Shown here: positions 10,001 through 18,493 of the stretch, piece after piece
Layout: each line of letters starts with the position of its first letter
Position numbering within the stretch: position 1 is the first letter of the stretch
Source: a virus
Lineage: Duplodnaviria; Heunggongvirae; Uroviricota; Caudoviricetes
Virus record (IMG/VR): IMGVR_UViG_2799113093_000010
Reading direction: 5' to 3' (one strand)
DNA: 64,000 nt
Translations under genes and position numbers: made by a program
The notes under the pieces: generated by a model
Seen by the model: only the letters and a program-made list of their open reading frames with translations
The model's database searches: none
Told to the model about the DNA's origin: nothing

Positions 10001-11289
10001 TCCTTGCCGGCCTGCGCGAGGCGACGGATCTCGTCGACCATCTCGCGGAACACCTGCGGGCCGCTCTTGCCGTTCCTGGCGAGCGTCGTCATGGCCTTGG
10101 AGAGCGGTTCGACCATCCTCGCCGGGTCCAAACCGGCCTCATCGAACAGCCCGAGAAGCGCGGTGGTCTGCCCTATGTCCATGCCGATCTGCTTCATGGC
10201 AGGGCCGGCCTTCGCCGCGATGTCCACCAGAGTGTTGACCGGTATCTGCGTGGCCTGATACGCGTTCTTCAACGAATCAAGCACCGATACTTGGTCTTTG
10301 GCCTCGATGTTGAACATGTGGAACAGCGAGCCGAGCTTGGACACGTTCACCGGCTCGCCGCTGATCCGTCCCAGGTTCGCGATGTTCGTGGTGACATCGA
10401 TCAGGTCGGTGCTGGCCAAGCCGAGGGAGCGGTGCACCTCGCCGGTCATCTTCCCGATTTCCTCGGTGGCCAAAGGAACTTGGTTCGCGACGGCCATGGT
10501 CGCCCGCTTCAGCTCCTCCAGCTCCGGGCCGGTGGCGCCGGTCTGGAACCGCAGCTTGGTGGACAACGCGTCATACGATTCGCCGAGGTCGTACAGGACC
10601 TTCATCGCTCCGGCAGATGCCGCCACCAGCCCGGTGATCGCGCCGATGGTTACCGAACCCACGGTTGCGCCGAGCGCCGCGGCACCGTTCTCGGCACCCA
10701 TCAGGGCTTCGCCCAGCGACCCCGCGTTCTTCCCGAGGCGCCCGAGCACACTGCCGACCATTTCGCCGCCGGAACCCAGCTTGCTGACGGACTTCTCGGC
10801 GCGGTCAAGGGCACCGCCGAGGACGTTCGCTGCGGTGCCGGCCACCTGCCGCATGGAGTTGTCCGCGGCACGCATCGACCGTTCGTGGTCGCCTTCAGCC
10901 TTGCGGAGCTTGTCCAGAGCGTCGAGGTGGGTTCGTTGTGCGCGAGCGAACGCCTCCTCGGCGGTCTTCCGTTGCGCCGCAGTGGCCGTCGCCTTGGAGC
11001 GAACCTCCTCCAGTTTCGTCTCGGCGACCTGGACGCGGCCGGCGGCGTCAGCCTCGGCCTTGCGTGCCTTCGCGACAGCGAGGCTCGCGACCTCAACCTT
11101 CTTGAGGCTGCCTTCGGCCCGGACCGCACCCTGCTCGACGTTCTGCGCGAGCTGCGAACCCATCACCTTGCTGGACCGGGTGAACGTGTCCTGCGCGTTC
11201 GACGCGATCTGCTGGACACCCTTGTCCAGGTTCGATGCCTCCGGCCAGAGGGAAACGAGAACCCTTGCCAGCTCGATTGTGTCGGTCAT
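7000..11289 (-). CDS. tape measure protein (1429 aa) with embedded lytic transglycosylase (SLT) motif
   Basis: Very long Ala/Gly-rich coiled-coil protein located between the chaperone and minor tail genes. An internal segment ...AILSTAMQESGLVMQ...GIFQQ... (around 7950-8300) carries the SLT catalytic E-S motif. Confidence 0.9.
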   Translation of the reverse strand: MTDTIELARVLVSLWPEASNLDKGVQQIASNAQDTFTRSSKVMGSQLAQNVEQGAVRAEGSLKKVEVASLAVAKARKAEADAAGRVQVAETKLEEVRSKATATAAQRKTAEEAFARAQRTHLDALDKLRKAEGDHERSMRAADNSMRQVAGTAANVLGGALDRAEKSVSKLGSGGEMVGSVLGRLGKNAGSLGEALMGAENGAAALGATVGSVTIGAITGLVAASAGAMKVLYDLGESYDALSTKLRFQTGATGPELEELKRATMAVANQVPLATEEIGKMTGEVHRSLGLASTDLIDVTTNIANLGRISGEPVNVSKLGSLFHMFNIEAKDQVSVLDSLKNAYQATQIPVNTLVDIAAKAGPAMKQIGMDIGQTTALLGLFDEAGLDPARMVEPLSKAMTTLARNGKSGPQVFREMVDEIRRLAQAGKDADAIKLGDKLFGGRGGLAFVDAIKRNVFDVGKLDEALQRTGTTIKQDVDATKTFSDEWEILKNKASDALQPLSSEVFSFVDDGLQHLGDWVSTHQSDLVGFFQAMGDIAIYAGQGVGMFAGDLVEAVGDIIAATGDVAGAWMQVRAVWDDILGNDEKAQQERTRADDFYGWGKDLQKQGQDLKKMFQERGDDVRNYFDKVSDGAKTAAKLTDQLGKAKVSLGEDKTTVFIDTNEPEVTAKLDKIGLEVKQLPDGKFQVVPKTDEGQKVLDAWRDKTTGKKVEIPVTVDTKDAERKLNDLGKGTLSGGWSDKLYPSNTAMPEPVIGPPGTGAPNGVMPVLPPSGIPVLIMPPRATGGIFDVWNSVSSFADGKLPRTALIQPPVAGAGLVQWAEPSTGGEAFIPLKGGKRSIDIWAQTGHMLGVFDQGGYNGVTQDEINRMGGGTVNLSIWEALKTQNPSAILTAAKTDHDDDGKNHPKGTAIDVDPSSRNLDILWSMRDQLTQIIFDDPQRVWFNVGGQRAEGAAARAIYGEAEMAHHRNHIHVAAAQPLGGGGQLPAGAYSAGATGPAGVGNLSAGSSKDEIASAIIGEATKRGFTPEQTQAILSTAMQESGLVMQDGGGGAWHGIFQQDGSYAGRDDPNQNIAEFFKRLQSKMSSPGASDDIWKNIFWLQQAPGALSADAAFAGGRQAYLKEIQSQKGAAANSYGRLSGGSSSGGYSGPYVGPSGSTYDLRGRTGPLVNGFGPFYGPGVGTPGYNEQGQPGYFAQDPKQIREAQERVADADQRIRDADAHVKEAEEKRKNLTAAASDLEVMQADNNVEKARRDADKARREAGDSRQDLQDAQRGKFTAAKEGSSGMNGAGLVKDMLKGGLEFLGLDGSVFSNPMDWGIWKLFTGGANVFGRMAQNAYGGPQRGAFQSSGLGGFDFGGGGGISSVGDTVMSVLPQVGNYLPNSQQPIVNDNRIQFNGQVGHSDKEITDSIRGPMVSRDRSFSSALPGLP

Positions 11290-11723
11290 GTGGTTACTCC
11301 TTTCCGTTCAGGCCCGAGAACACGTCCCGGTGTGGGTGGGGTGCGGGCGTAGTTCTCCGCGATCAGGCGGTCGAACTCGTCCATGGGGAGGGCGTCGAAG
11401 CTGTCGACGCGCTTGGGGTCGCGGCGCGGCGCTTCCTCGGGAACGCCGGGGCGGGGCATCCGGCGTTGCAGGTCAACGAGTCCCGTCTTCTGCTCCATCT
11501 GGGTCGCCAGAAGATGGGCTTCTTTCGTCCAGCCGCCGGCGGACAGGAACACCGAGCTATTCGGCGGCGCGGCAAGGACTATCGCCGCGAACTCGGTGAG
11601 GTCGAGACGGGTCCCAACATCAGATGCCCGGAACCCGAGGGCCAGAAGGTCGCGCTGAACAGCCAGCCAGTGGTCACCAACAATGCTGGTCAGCGCACCT
11701 ATTTTTCCGCTGAAAGCTTCGCT
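11286..11723 (-). CDS. -1 frame extension of tail assembly chaperone (G-T frameshift product)
   Basis: The -1 frame is open from 11723 down to 11286 with no stop and overlaps the end of the upstream chaperone ORF. The slip site is G GAA AAA TAG at about 11699-11710. This is the classic programmed frameshift arrangement upstream of a tape measure gene. Confidence 0.55.
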   Translation of the reverse strand, partial: SEAFSGKIGALTSIVGDHWLAVQRDLLALGFRASDVGTRLDLTEFAAIVLAAPPNSSVFLSAGGWTKEAHLLATQMEQKTGLVDLQRRMPRPGVPEEAPRRDPKRVDSFDALPMDEFDRLIAENYARTPPTPGRVLGPERKGVTT

Positions 11724-12061
11724 TCAGCGAACCACTCGTCCAGGAACTCGCGCATCTCAGCGGCCGGCAGCTGAACTACCTGGCGCTGGATAGCCTTTGG
11801 CACCTGGGCGTGGTCCATCCACACGAACGCCTGGAACTGGTCCGGGGCGTTGTACAGCTCCCACCAGAACTCGGTGGTCGGCGGACGGACCGCGATGATG
11901 CTGGGGAACACGATGGTGTCGCCGGTGGACGTTTTGTACTTGAACAGCTTCGTGCCGACCGGGTACGGAGAAGGAGCCCCCGCCGGAGCGGGGGTTCCCT
12001 TCTCGCCAACCGCGGCGGCAGCCGTCTTGCGCGGTGCGCGGCGCGCAGTCGTCTCGCTCAA
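11699..12061 (-). CDS. tail assembly chaperone (G-like, about 120 aa)
   Basis: ORF between the major tail and tape measure genes. A TTG start at 12061 overlaps the major tail stop (TTGA), preceded by GGTGACGG. It ends with AAAAAT AG next to an open -1 frame. Confidence 0.65.
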   Translation of the reverse strand: MSETTARRAPRKTAAAAVGEKGTPAPAGAPSPYPVGTKLFKYKTSTGDTIVFPSIIAVRPPTTEFWWELYNAPDQFQAFVWMDHAQVPKAIQRQVVQLPAAEMREFLDEWFAEAKLSAEK

Positions 12062-12639
12062 ACCGTCACCACGCCGTCGTTCCAGTACTGGTACCCGTGG
12101 TTGCCGTTCTCGTCGGGGAACGGCTTCATCGTGCACTCGTACGAAGCCAGCTCGGAGTGGACCCACTTGAGTGGGCCGACCGAGGTGATACGGCCGATCG
12201 GGATCACCAGGCGCATGCTGATCAGGTTGTAGAACCCGTCGACGATCCAGGCGCCGGTGTCGAGCAGCTTGGAATTCAGCTTCGCGGCCAGCTCAGCGCC
12301 GCTGGTGGTGGTCGCCGGGGTGACGGTGACGTTGCTGCTGCCGTGGACAGCCTTCTGCACGTCGGCGTTCATGACCTGCAGCAGGTTGAACTTCAGCTGC
12401 AGGCCGTACTTCTCCTGCAGCACCGCAACCAGGTCGCCACCCCAGTTGTTCTCTTCCTTGTTCGACCGGTCCTCGGTGCGTTCCACACCGGTGGCACCGA
12501 CGTGACCAAGGTTCTTGAACGCCGTGTCGGGAGCACCGATCGCCGTGGTGGGCAGCGTGGCACCGACTGCGGCGCGCAGGATGCCGCCGGTGACCCGCGG
12601 GGACGGGGCGGCCAGCTCCAGCACATTGTTGAGAGCCAT
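12058..12639 (-). CDS. major tail protein (193 aa)
   Basis: Position upstream of the chaperones; size and composition fit; strong RBS GAGAGGAAAG before the ATG. Confidence 0.7.
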   Translation of the reverse strand: MALNNVLELAAPSPRVTGGILRAAVGATLPTTAIGAPDTAFKNLGHVGATGVERTEDRSNKEENNWGGDLVAVLQEKYGLQLKFNLLQVMNADVQKAVHGSSNVTVTPATTTSGAELAAKLNSKLLDTGAWIVDGFYNLISMRLVIPIGRITSVGPLKWVHSELASYECTMKPFPDENGNHGYQYWNDGVVTV

Positions 12640-12667
12640 GCGGGCTTTCCTCTCGTGAAATACGAAA

Positions 12668-12689
12668 GGCCGCCCCGGACGGGACGGCC
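12668..12689 (-). terminator. GC-rich hairpin followed by a U-rich tract upstream of the major tail gene (possible attenuator/terminator)
   Basis: The sequence GGCCGCCCCGGACGGGACGGCC forms an imperfect stem. On the minus transcript it is followed by UUUCGUAUUUC, then the RBS of the major tail gene. Confidence 0.3.
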
Positions 12690-12715
12690 TTATCTCTCCC
12701 GCGCGGGGCGGTGAG

Positions 12716-13153
12716 CTATGGGGTGATGGGTGAGCCGATGGGCTGGCCCTGGACGATCCAGGTCACCATCGATCGATAACGCGGGACGTTCGGAACGTCT
12801 GGGTCATTGAGGCTGTGCGGCAAGATGTCTGCGTTCGCGAAGCTCACGAACCAGCCGTCGACGGTGTCGCCGCGAGCCGCTACCAGCAGCGCGGTCGCCG
12901 TCCGGGAGGTCAGGGACGCGGCCACCTCGTCCGGGTCGTAGCTGTGCATGATCACCGACCGGCTGAACTCCAGCGGGTTGAGCTGGTGGCCGCCGCCGTC
13001 CTCTAACTGGAGAATCTGCGACGGCTTGGTGCGGTTGGCTGGCGTCGGACGGACCCGGGTACCTATCGGGACCGTTATCTCGGTGCGGCCCTTCAGGAAT
13101 ATGCGGGCCAGAGCCTGCACGTCGGGCGACAGGATCGGGGGGTAGAGGCCCAC
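12716..13153 (-). CDS. head-tail connector / tail terminator-like protein (about 145 aa)
   Basis: A GTG at 13153 overlaps the upstream stop (TAGTG). The upstream part of the 196-aa track ORF is R-rich junk. Confidence 0.45.
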   Translation of the reverse strand: MGLYPPILSPDVQALARIFLKGRTEITVPIGTRVRPTPANRTKPSQILQLEDGGGHQLNPLEFSRSVIMHSYDPDEVAASLTSRTATALLVAARGDTVDGWFVSFANADILPHSLNDPDVPNVPRYRSMVTWIVQGQPIGSPITP

Positions 13154-13407
13154 TACGTCTGCCACCTCAAGGACGCGAGGCCCTTCATCAGCAGCGCGTG
13201 CTTCGCTTCCTTGGCGCGGGCTTCCGGGGTTTCGGCTGCCACGAAGGCGCGGGGCCGCTGGGTGCCCGGCTTGTCCTGCAGCGTGACCTCGAAGCCGTCG
13301 CCGCACAGCTCGGCGAGCTTGTCGGCGTAGTCCTTGACCACCTGGGCGTGCATGTGCCGGATCTGCTTGTAGGCGGCCATGTTGTAGATGATCTTGGGTT
13401 CGGCCAT
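13153..13407 (-). CDS. head-tail connector hypothetical protein (84 aa)
   Basis: ATG at 13407 overlaps the upstream stop (ATGA). The sequence MAEPKIIYNM... looks protein-like, whereas the 205-aa track ORF is a composite. Confidence 0.45.
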   Translation of the reverse strand: MAEPKIIYNMAAYKQIRHMHAQVVKDYADKLAELCGDGFEVTLQDKPGTQRPRAFVAAETPEARAKEAKHALLMKGLASLRWQT

Positions 13408-13766
13408 CAGCCGATCCGCCTCAAATGCAATGCGCCGCCGAACAACCGGCTGTACCGCTTCCACGGGCCGTTGCGCCAGTCGCTGTCCGCGCCTGGTCCG
13501 ACGACCTCGAACCGGTTGCCGACGATGTCCACTTCGTCGCGGCTGCCGTACACCTCGGGGGTCTTGACCAGCATCCGCAGCTCGGTTTCGTACCGGGAGA
13601 TGGTGTCTGGCGATACCGGCTCCTTGGCGTTCCGCGGGTAGAAGCAGATCACCTTGCGCGGCACCGGAACATCGGAAACGTGCCCGATGGGGTTGCCGTG
13701 CGCGTCCTCGCCAGCGTCGTCGACAAACTGGTAGTGCTGGATGGTGTACGGCTCGGGGTAGATCAC
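13407..13766 (-). CDS. head-tail connector protein (119 aa)
   Basis: Clean ORF with translational coupling on both sides. Confidence 0.5.
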   Translation of the reverse strand: MIYPEPYTIQHYQFVDDAGEDAHGNPIGHVSDVPVPRKVICFYPRNAKEPVSPDTISRYETELRMLVKTPEVYGSRDEVDIVGNRFEVVGPGADSDWRNGPWKRYSRLFGGALHLRRIG

Positions 13767-14317
13767 CCAATGCCCTTGATCTGGTAGTTGACCAGCCGGC
13801 TCCGTTGGCTCTCAGTCAAAGCTGTGCCGACGTCGCCGCGCAGCTTGATCTTGAACGGTCCGCCGTCGACCTCCGACGCGATGGAGGTCGGCAACTCGAT
13901 GGCCTTGGATGCCAGCTCCAAGATGACGGTCTTCACGTCGTCGGGAACCTCGGGGTATCCGTGTGTGAACGTCACCTTCGCGTTGCGACGCGACGGATAG
14001 CCGTAGACCGGCCAGTAGTAGCGGCGCGGCCACGACACCGTGTTCCGGTGGATGAATCCGGCTGGGTCCCAGTCGTAGTCGGCTGGGTCGAGCGTCAGGT
14101 CCTCCACCGTCACCGTCTCGACGTCGGTGACGTGCAGGGAGGGAAGCAGGATGGTTCCGAGCTGGCCGACGGTGCACGGCAGTTCCTCCTCGCGGCGGCT
14201 GGGCGCGATGTGCCATCCGCACCAGGCGCGGACCGTGGCCTCAGCAGCGTCGAGGAAGAACTGCTGGTCGCCGCTCTCAAACTTCGCCAGGTCAGCGGTT
14301 GTGACCAGCTCGGACAC
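13763..14317 (-). CDS. head-to-tail adaptor protein (184 aa)
   Basis: Position after the capsid gene; size and acidic N-terminus fit gp6-like adaptors. Confidence 0.5.
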   Translation of the reverse strand: MSELVTTADLAKFESGDQQFFLDAAEATVRAWCGWHIAPSRREEELPCTVGQLGTILLPSLHVTDVETVTVEDLTLDPADYDWDPAGFIHRNTVSWPRRYYWPVYGYPSRRNAKVTFTHGYPEVPDDVKTVILELASKAIELPTSIASEVDGGPFKIKLRGDVGTALTESQRSRLVNYQIKGIG

Positions 14318-14320
14318 CTG

Positions 14321-14632
14321 TTACGCCCCTGCGTCGGTCGGTGCAGCGTCCTTGACAGGCTCCGGCTCCTTGGCCGGCGCTGCAGGAGCTGCGGCCTTGG
14401 CCGGTGCCCTCTTCGCCTCTGCCACAACCGGCTTGGACGCAGTGGCGGGTGGCGCCGGGACAGCCTTCTGCTGCGCGGACGGCTCGTCCTTCTTCTCGAC
14501 AGGCTCGCCCCAGGCGGCGAGCTTCTCGTCGATCGCTGCGGTGTCCAGCCCATACCGTGCAGCGGTTACACGGTTCTCCTTCAGGGCTGCGACGGTGTCG
14601 GCCTTGAAGTCACGAATCAGGTTTTCTGCCAT
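14321..14632 (-). CDS. hypothetical protein with Ala/Pro-rich C-terminus (103 aa)
   Basis: ORF between the capsid and adaptor genes. Confidence 0.45.
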   Translation of the reverse strand: MAENLIRDFKADTVAALKENRVTAARYGLDTAAIDEKLAAWGEPVEKKDEPSAQQKAVPAPPATASKPVVAEAKRAPAKAAAPAAPAKEPEPVKDAAPTDAGA

Positions 14633-14667
14633 GAGATTTGTCTCCTCTCAAAGGGTTTGGAGGTGAA

Positions 14668-14705
14668 CCCCCAGCCCGATCCGGCTCGAACGGACGGGCT
14701 GGGGG
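14668..14705 (-). terminator. perfect 11-bp GC hairpin immediately downstream of the major capsid gene (RNA stability element/attenuator)
   Basis: CCCCCAGCCCG ... CGGGCTGGGGG with a 16-nt loop. It lies between the capsid stop (14718) and the next RBS (GAGAGGAGA). No U-tract follows. Confidence 0.4.
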
Positions 14706-14717
14706 TCACCTGGTGGG

Positions 14718-16091
14718 TCAGAACGTCGGCGCGGTGAGGCCGCTGATCTCGACCACGGACTGCGGGTAGCGCTCCGCGGTGAAGGCCAGGTAGCCGTACA
14801 CCTGCAGAGTCACCTGCAGGTTGTGGCCGCCCACCTCGTTGAGCACCCGGGTGCGGATACCCGACTCGAACAGCAGCAGGTCCGGGGCGCGCAGCACGTA
14901 CACCACGTCCTCGTCCGAGTTGGTCCCCAGGGTGGTGGGGAGGTTCGGGTCGGTGACCACGGGCAGGCCCTGGATTTCACCGACAACCTGCTGCGAGGCA
15001 ACAGCGTCGAGGGTGGCGACGTTGTTGAACGAGCGGCCGGCCGGCAGAACCAGCGGACGCTTCTGGCTGTCCAGCTGCCCGGTCAGCCACGCCCAGCGAC
15101 GCGGGTGCATAACCACGACGGTCGGCGACAGGAACCGCAGGGTGTGGACGCGCTGGATAGCGTCGGCCAGAGCCCCGTAGAACTTCGTCAGATCGACGGC
15201 GGTGACCGCGATGGTCTGGATACCCGGGGTGTTGTGAACACCCTTGACCTGCCCGGCGGTACCGGAACCGGTCAGGGTGGCCAGGTCCACCTTGGTGCCG
15301 TAATCCGCGATGAGGTCCTGGAACACGACCTCGTCGAAGTTGATCGGCGACTGATCCAGCAGCTGGATCGCGATGTTCTGCTCGCCGGCGATCGTGCGAA
15401 CATCCGCACGGATCTGGGCGTCCTGCAGGTCCTGCGAGGCGACGGCCGCGTTGTCGGCAGTCTGGGCTCCGACCAACGTTCCCCGGGTGACCTTGGGGAT
15501 GTTGATGCTGTCGGTGCCGGCGGGCAGGGGCTGCTGGGTGAGCAGGTTCGCGAAGGCGCGACCGGAGCGGGCCAGCTCGATGTACTGGCTCACCAGGTAG
15601 ATCGGCGGCACGAAGTAGCCGCCGTTGCCGTCGACGCGGTCCAGGGCACGGTAGTTCGCACCCTTGACGTCCACGGCGTGCCGACGCAGCCGCTCAGCAG
15701 CCGAACCGTCGGTGTCCTGGTTCATCGAGTACAGGACGAGGTCCTTGAAGTAGGACCGGCCGCTGCCCTTCTCGTATGCCGCGGCTTCCTTCACCTCGGC
15801 GATGCGGGCCTGCGCCTTGCGGACGGCCTGCGCCTGCGAGTCGAGGCGCCCGGAGCGCTCGATCTCGTCGGACAGTTCCTTGACGCGCTCGTCAAGGCCA
15901 TCGCACTCGGTCTGCTTCTTCGCGATCTCCGCGGTCTTGGCGCGGAATTCGACATCTTCCTCGGCAGACAGGTCCTCGCGGGCCTCTTCCTTGACGATGT
16001 CAGTGATGGCCTGTCGTTCGGCCATCAGCTTGTCCAGCTCCTCGCCGGCCTTGGCGCGCAGTGCAAGGAGCCGCTTCAGACGTTCCTCCAT
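14718..16091 (-). CDS. major capsid protein, HK97-fold, with N-terminal coiled-coil delta/scaffold domain (457 aa)
   Basis: Follows the prohead protease. The first roughly 100 aa are charged coiled-coil (MEERLKRLLALRAK...), consistent with a capsid that has its own delta domain. Confidence 0.85.
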   Translation of the reverse strand: MEERLKRLLALRAKAGEELDKLMAERQAITDIVKEEAREDLSAEEDVEFRAKTAEIAKKQTECDGLDERVKELSDEIERSGRLDSQAQAVRKAQARIAEVKEAAAYEKGSGRSYFKDLVLYSMNQDTDGSAAERLRRHAVDVKGANYRALDRVDGNGGYFVPPIYLVSQYIELARSGRAFANLLTQQPLPAGTDSINIPKVTRGTLVGAQTADNAAVASQDLQDAQIRADVRTIAGEQNIAIQLLDQSPINFDEVVFQDLIADYGTKVDLATLTGSGTAGQVKGVHNTPGIQTIAVTAVDLTKFYGALADAIQRVHTLRFLSPTVVVMHPRRWAWLTGQLDSQKRPLVLPAGRSFNNVATLDAVASQQVVGEIQGLPVVTDPNLPTTLGTNSDEDVVYVLRAPDLLLFESGIRTRVLNEVGGHNLQVTLQVYGYLAFTAERYPQSVVEISGLTAPTF

Positions 16092-16147
16092 GATGGGGAA
16101 CTCCTTTCAGTGGTTTGCCCTTGTGGGCGTGGTGTTTTCGGGGGATG

Positions 16148-16192
16148 CGCGCCCAGTGCCAGGGCTGTCCGCGGTGCCCGCCCAGTGCCAGG
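16148..16192 (-). repeat. 17-bp direct repeat GCCCAGTGCCAGGGCTG x2 in the protease-capsid intergenic region
   Basis: Copies at 16148-16164 and 16176-16192, lying between the terminator and the capsid start. Confidence 0.6.
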
Positions 16193-16212
16193 GCTGCGGC
16201 AGATTCCGGGCA

Positions 16213-16243
16213 ACAAAAAACACCCCGGGGATGCCGGGGTGTT
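16213..16243 (-). terminator. rho-independent terminator on the minus strand between the protease and capsid genes
   Basis: Perfect 10-bp stem AACACCCCGG/CCGGGGTGTT with a 5-nt loop. On the minus transcript it is followed by UUUUUUGUUG. Confidence 0.6.
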
Positions 16244-16301
16244 GAGTTGGTTGCCTGGAACGTTTTGTGGCGCGCCGGAATTGGCGCAGAGGGGAAGAGA
16301 G

Positions 16302-17186
16302 CTAGGCGACGCGGGTTGGGTCGATCTGGTTCAGCGCGTCCTCCAGGGACATGGGCTTGCCGTCGTCGGGTGCGAGCCCTTGGCGGCGCAGCGCCTCGTG
16401 CATCGACATGCCCTTGCGCTTCGGGGCCACCGTCTCAGCAGCAGCGGCTGCCGCTTCGGCGGCGCGCGCCGCGATGGCCTGAGCCTGCTTGGCTGCCTCG
16501 ATCAGGCGAGTACCGTGCGGGGCCTTGCCGATGCCGTCGAGCACCTGGCGGGCGCGGCGCAGCAGGTCGCTGTCCGAGCGCACCTCGGCGAGCTGCTGCG
16601 GGGTGCTGTCCGCAATCACCTTGAGCGCCTGATCAATCGACTTCAGCTCCGCGCTGGTGGTCGGGTTTGCGCCGAAATTCACTACCGACACGTCACCCTT
16701 GTGCAAGGACACCTCGGTGATGGTGCGATGCGCATAGTCGTCGTCGGGGAAGGCGTCGGTGGCCGTCCACTTCTGGGTCTTCACCCGGAACGCGAACGAC
16801 ATCTCGTCCATGTCGCCGCGCCGCATCTTGGCTTCGAGCCGCTGCACGTCCGGGTCCGACCGGTCGAGCTTCGCCTCCACCTTCAGCCCATGGCTGTCGG
16901 TGGACAGGGCCAGGGTGCCGGACTTGGTGCGCGCCAGCGGCATTCCCTCATGGTTGATGAGCAGATGCAGGTCCGGCTTCTCGCGCAGGGTCTTGTCGAA
17001 CGCCGACTTGTCCAGCTGCTCGATCCAGCCGCCCTCTGCGGGGCCGCCATACATCTCGTATGGCTCGAACGTGGACGCATACCCGGTCAGAATCAGCTCG
17101 TCGGAATCGTCGCTGACGCGCAGCTCGAACTGCCGCGCGGGCAGATGACGTTCCTCGCGGACGTCAATGAGGTTGTTGCGGTTCAT
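16302..17186 (-). CDS. capsid maturation (prohead) protease, HK97 family (294 aa)
   Basis: Lies between the portal and capsid genes and overlaps the portal gene by 4 nt. Confidence 0.8.
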   Translation of the reverse strand: MNRNNLIDVREERHLPARQFELRVSDDSDELILTGYASTFEPYEMYGGPAEGGWIEQLDKSAFDKTLREKPDLHLLINHEGMPLARTKSGTLALSTDSHGLKVEAKLDRSDPDVQRLEAKMRRGDMDEMSFAFRVKTQKWTATDAFPDDDYAHRTITEVSLHKGDVSVVNFGANPTTSAELKSIDQALKVIADSTPQQLAEVRSDSDLLRRARQVLDGIGKAPHGTRLIEAAKQAQAIAARAAEAAAAAAETVAPKRKGMSMHEALRRQGLAPDDGKPMSLEDALNQIDPTRVA

Positions 17187-18493
17187 TGCTCGTTGTCCTC
17201 CTCGTCCGGTTCCTGCTCCACGTCGTCTTCGGCGTCGGGGATGTCGTCTTCCGGTTCGTTATCGGTGGGCTCCGGGTCTTCACCGCTCTGCTGCCCGTTC
17301 GCGGGTGTCCAGCCGAGCGGGCCAAAGTTGATGGGCTGAATTCGGCCGTCCCCGTATGGAACTGGCGGAAGGTCCTCGAAGGCGCGGATATCGTCGACGC
17401 TGTAGGCGCCCATCTCGCGGCCCATCTTGTACGCCTCGAAGCGGGACTTCATGTCGCCACGGAGCAGACCGTCCAGGTTGAACTTGACGAACGTGCCGCG
17501 GGGAAGCATCTGAGAGAACGCTTGCTCGATGCACGTCAGCCACGGCTGCAGCGTGAACTTCACGAACCCGAGGGTCTGCTGCTCGATGCCGGTGCCCCAG
17601 GAAGTGGTCTTGGCGACATCGCCTATCATGTGGGGAGGGATGCGGAACAGCATCGCGATCTCGCCCCGCTGATACTTTCGAACCTCAAGGAACTGAGATT
17701 CTGTGGGGGACAAAGCAATTGGACGCCACTTCACGCCCCCGGACAGGATCGCAGGACGTCGCCGGCCTTGGTGGCTGGCGATCCACTGCTGCATGATGTG
17801 CTTGGCCTGGTCCTGGTCAAGGTTCTCCGAGGTTTCCAGAACCGACGACGGGTTCGCCGAGTCTTTGAAATAGTTCAGGCCGTACCGTTCGGCGGCCAAC
17901 GCGATCCCGATGGCCGCGGCGGCACGCTGCACCGGTGACATACCGAGCGCGGCATCGGCGATGGGATACCGCTTCATATGCACCATGTCGCCGCTGCGGA
18001 TCGTCTCGCCGTCGACCCGATAGGTCGGCTCCATCCAGCTGCGCCTGTCGGTGACGGTGACGGTCACAAAGTCCGGGTGCACCGGCATCAAACCGCGCGG
18101 ATATCCCATGCTGTCCCGTGACACAACGAGATTGAAGGCGTTTCCGGTGACGGCCATGGCCTCCATCAGCATCCACAGCCACTCGAACAACGTGCAGTCC
18201 ACAAACGGCTGCTGCACAAACAAGGGCTGCGGATCCAACAAGACCCGGCGCTGGCCTTGCTGCTTGTATGCGACCAGTTGCAGGGACGCGATGGTGTCGG
18301 CGAGCAGGGTGACGCAGGCGGTGAACGCGGCGACCTGAGTTTCCCGGGCGCCGCGCGGGGTCACGCTGTAGCTGTTCGACCCCCACGGATACATGGCGTC
18401 GTCCTCGGCCGGCGACGGCACGAACGACGAGCTGGTCAGCACCCGCTCCTCGGCGGCCGGTGGCCGGGCGAAGGCGCGGGACAGGAAGCTCAC
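17183..18493 (-). CDS. portal protein (436 aa)
   Basis: Position after TerL; size; very acidic C-terminal tail (EDPEPTDNEPEDDIPDAEDD). Confidence 0.85.
   Translation of the reverse strand: MSFLSRAFARPPAAEERVLTSSSFVPSPAEDDAMYPWGSNSYSVTPRGARETQVAAFTACVTLLADTIASLQLVAYKQQGQRRVLLDPQPLFVQQPFVDCTLFEWLWMLMEAMAVTGNAFNLVVSRDSMGYPRGLMPVHPDFVTVTVTDRRSWMEPTYRVDGETIRSGDMVHMKRYPIADAALGMSPVQRAAAAIGIALAAERYGLNYFKDSANPSSVLETSENLDQDQAKHIMQQWIASHQGRRRPAILSGGVKWRPIALSPTESQFLEVRKYQRGEIAMLFRIPPHMIGDVAKTTSWGTGIEQQTLGFVKFTLQPWLTCIEQAFSQMLPRGTFVKFNLDGLLRGDMKSRFEAYKMGREMGAYSVDDIRAFEDLPPVPYGDGRIQPINFGPLGWTPANGQQSGEDPEPTDNEPEDDIPDAEDDVEQEPDEEDNEQ

Noticed and set aside
13153-13770. 205-aa ORF 13153..13770 as one gene
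   Set aside because: Its N-terminal 121 aa are R/G-rich and overlap the well-formed 119-aa ORF 13407..13766 in another frame. The region is split into 13407..13766 and 13153..13407, joined by an ATGA overlap.
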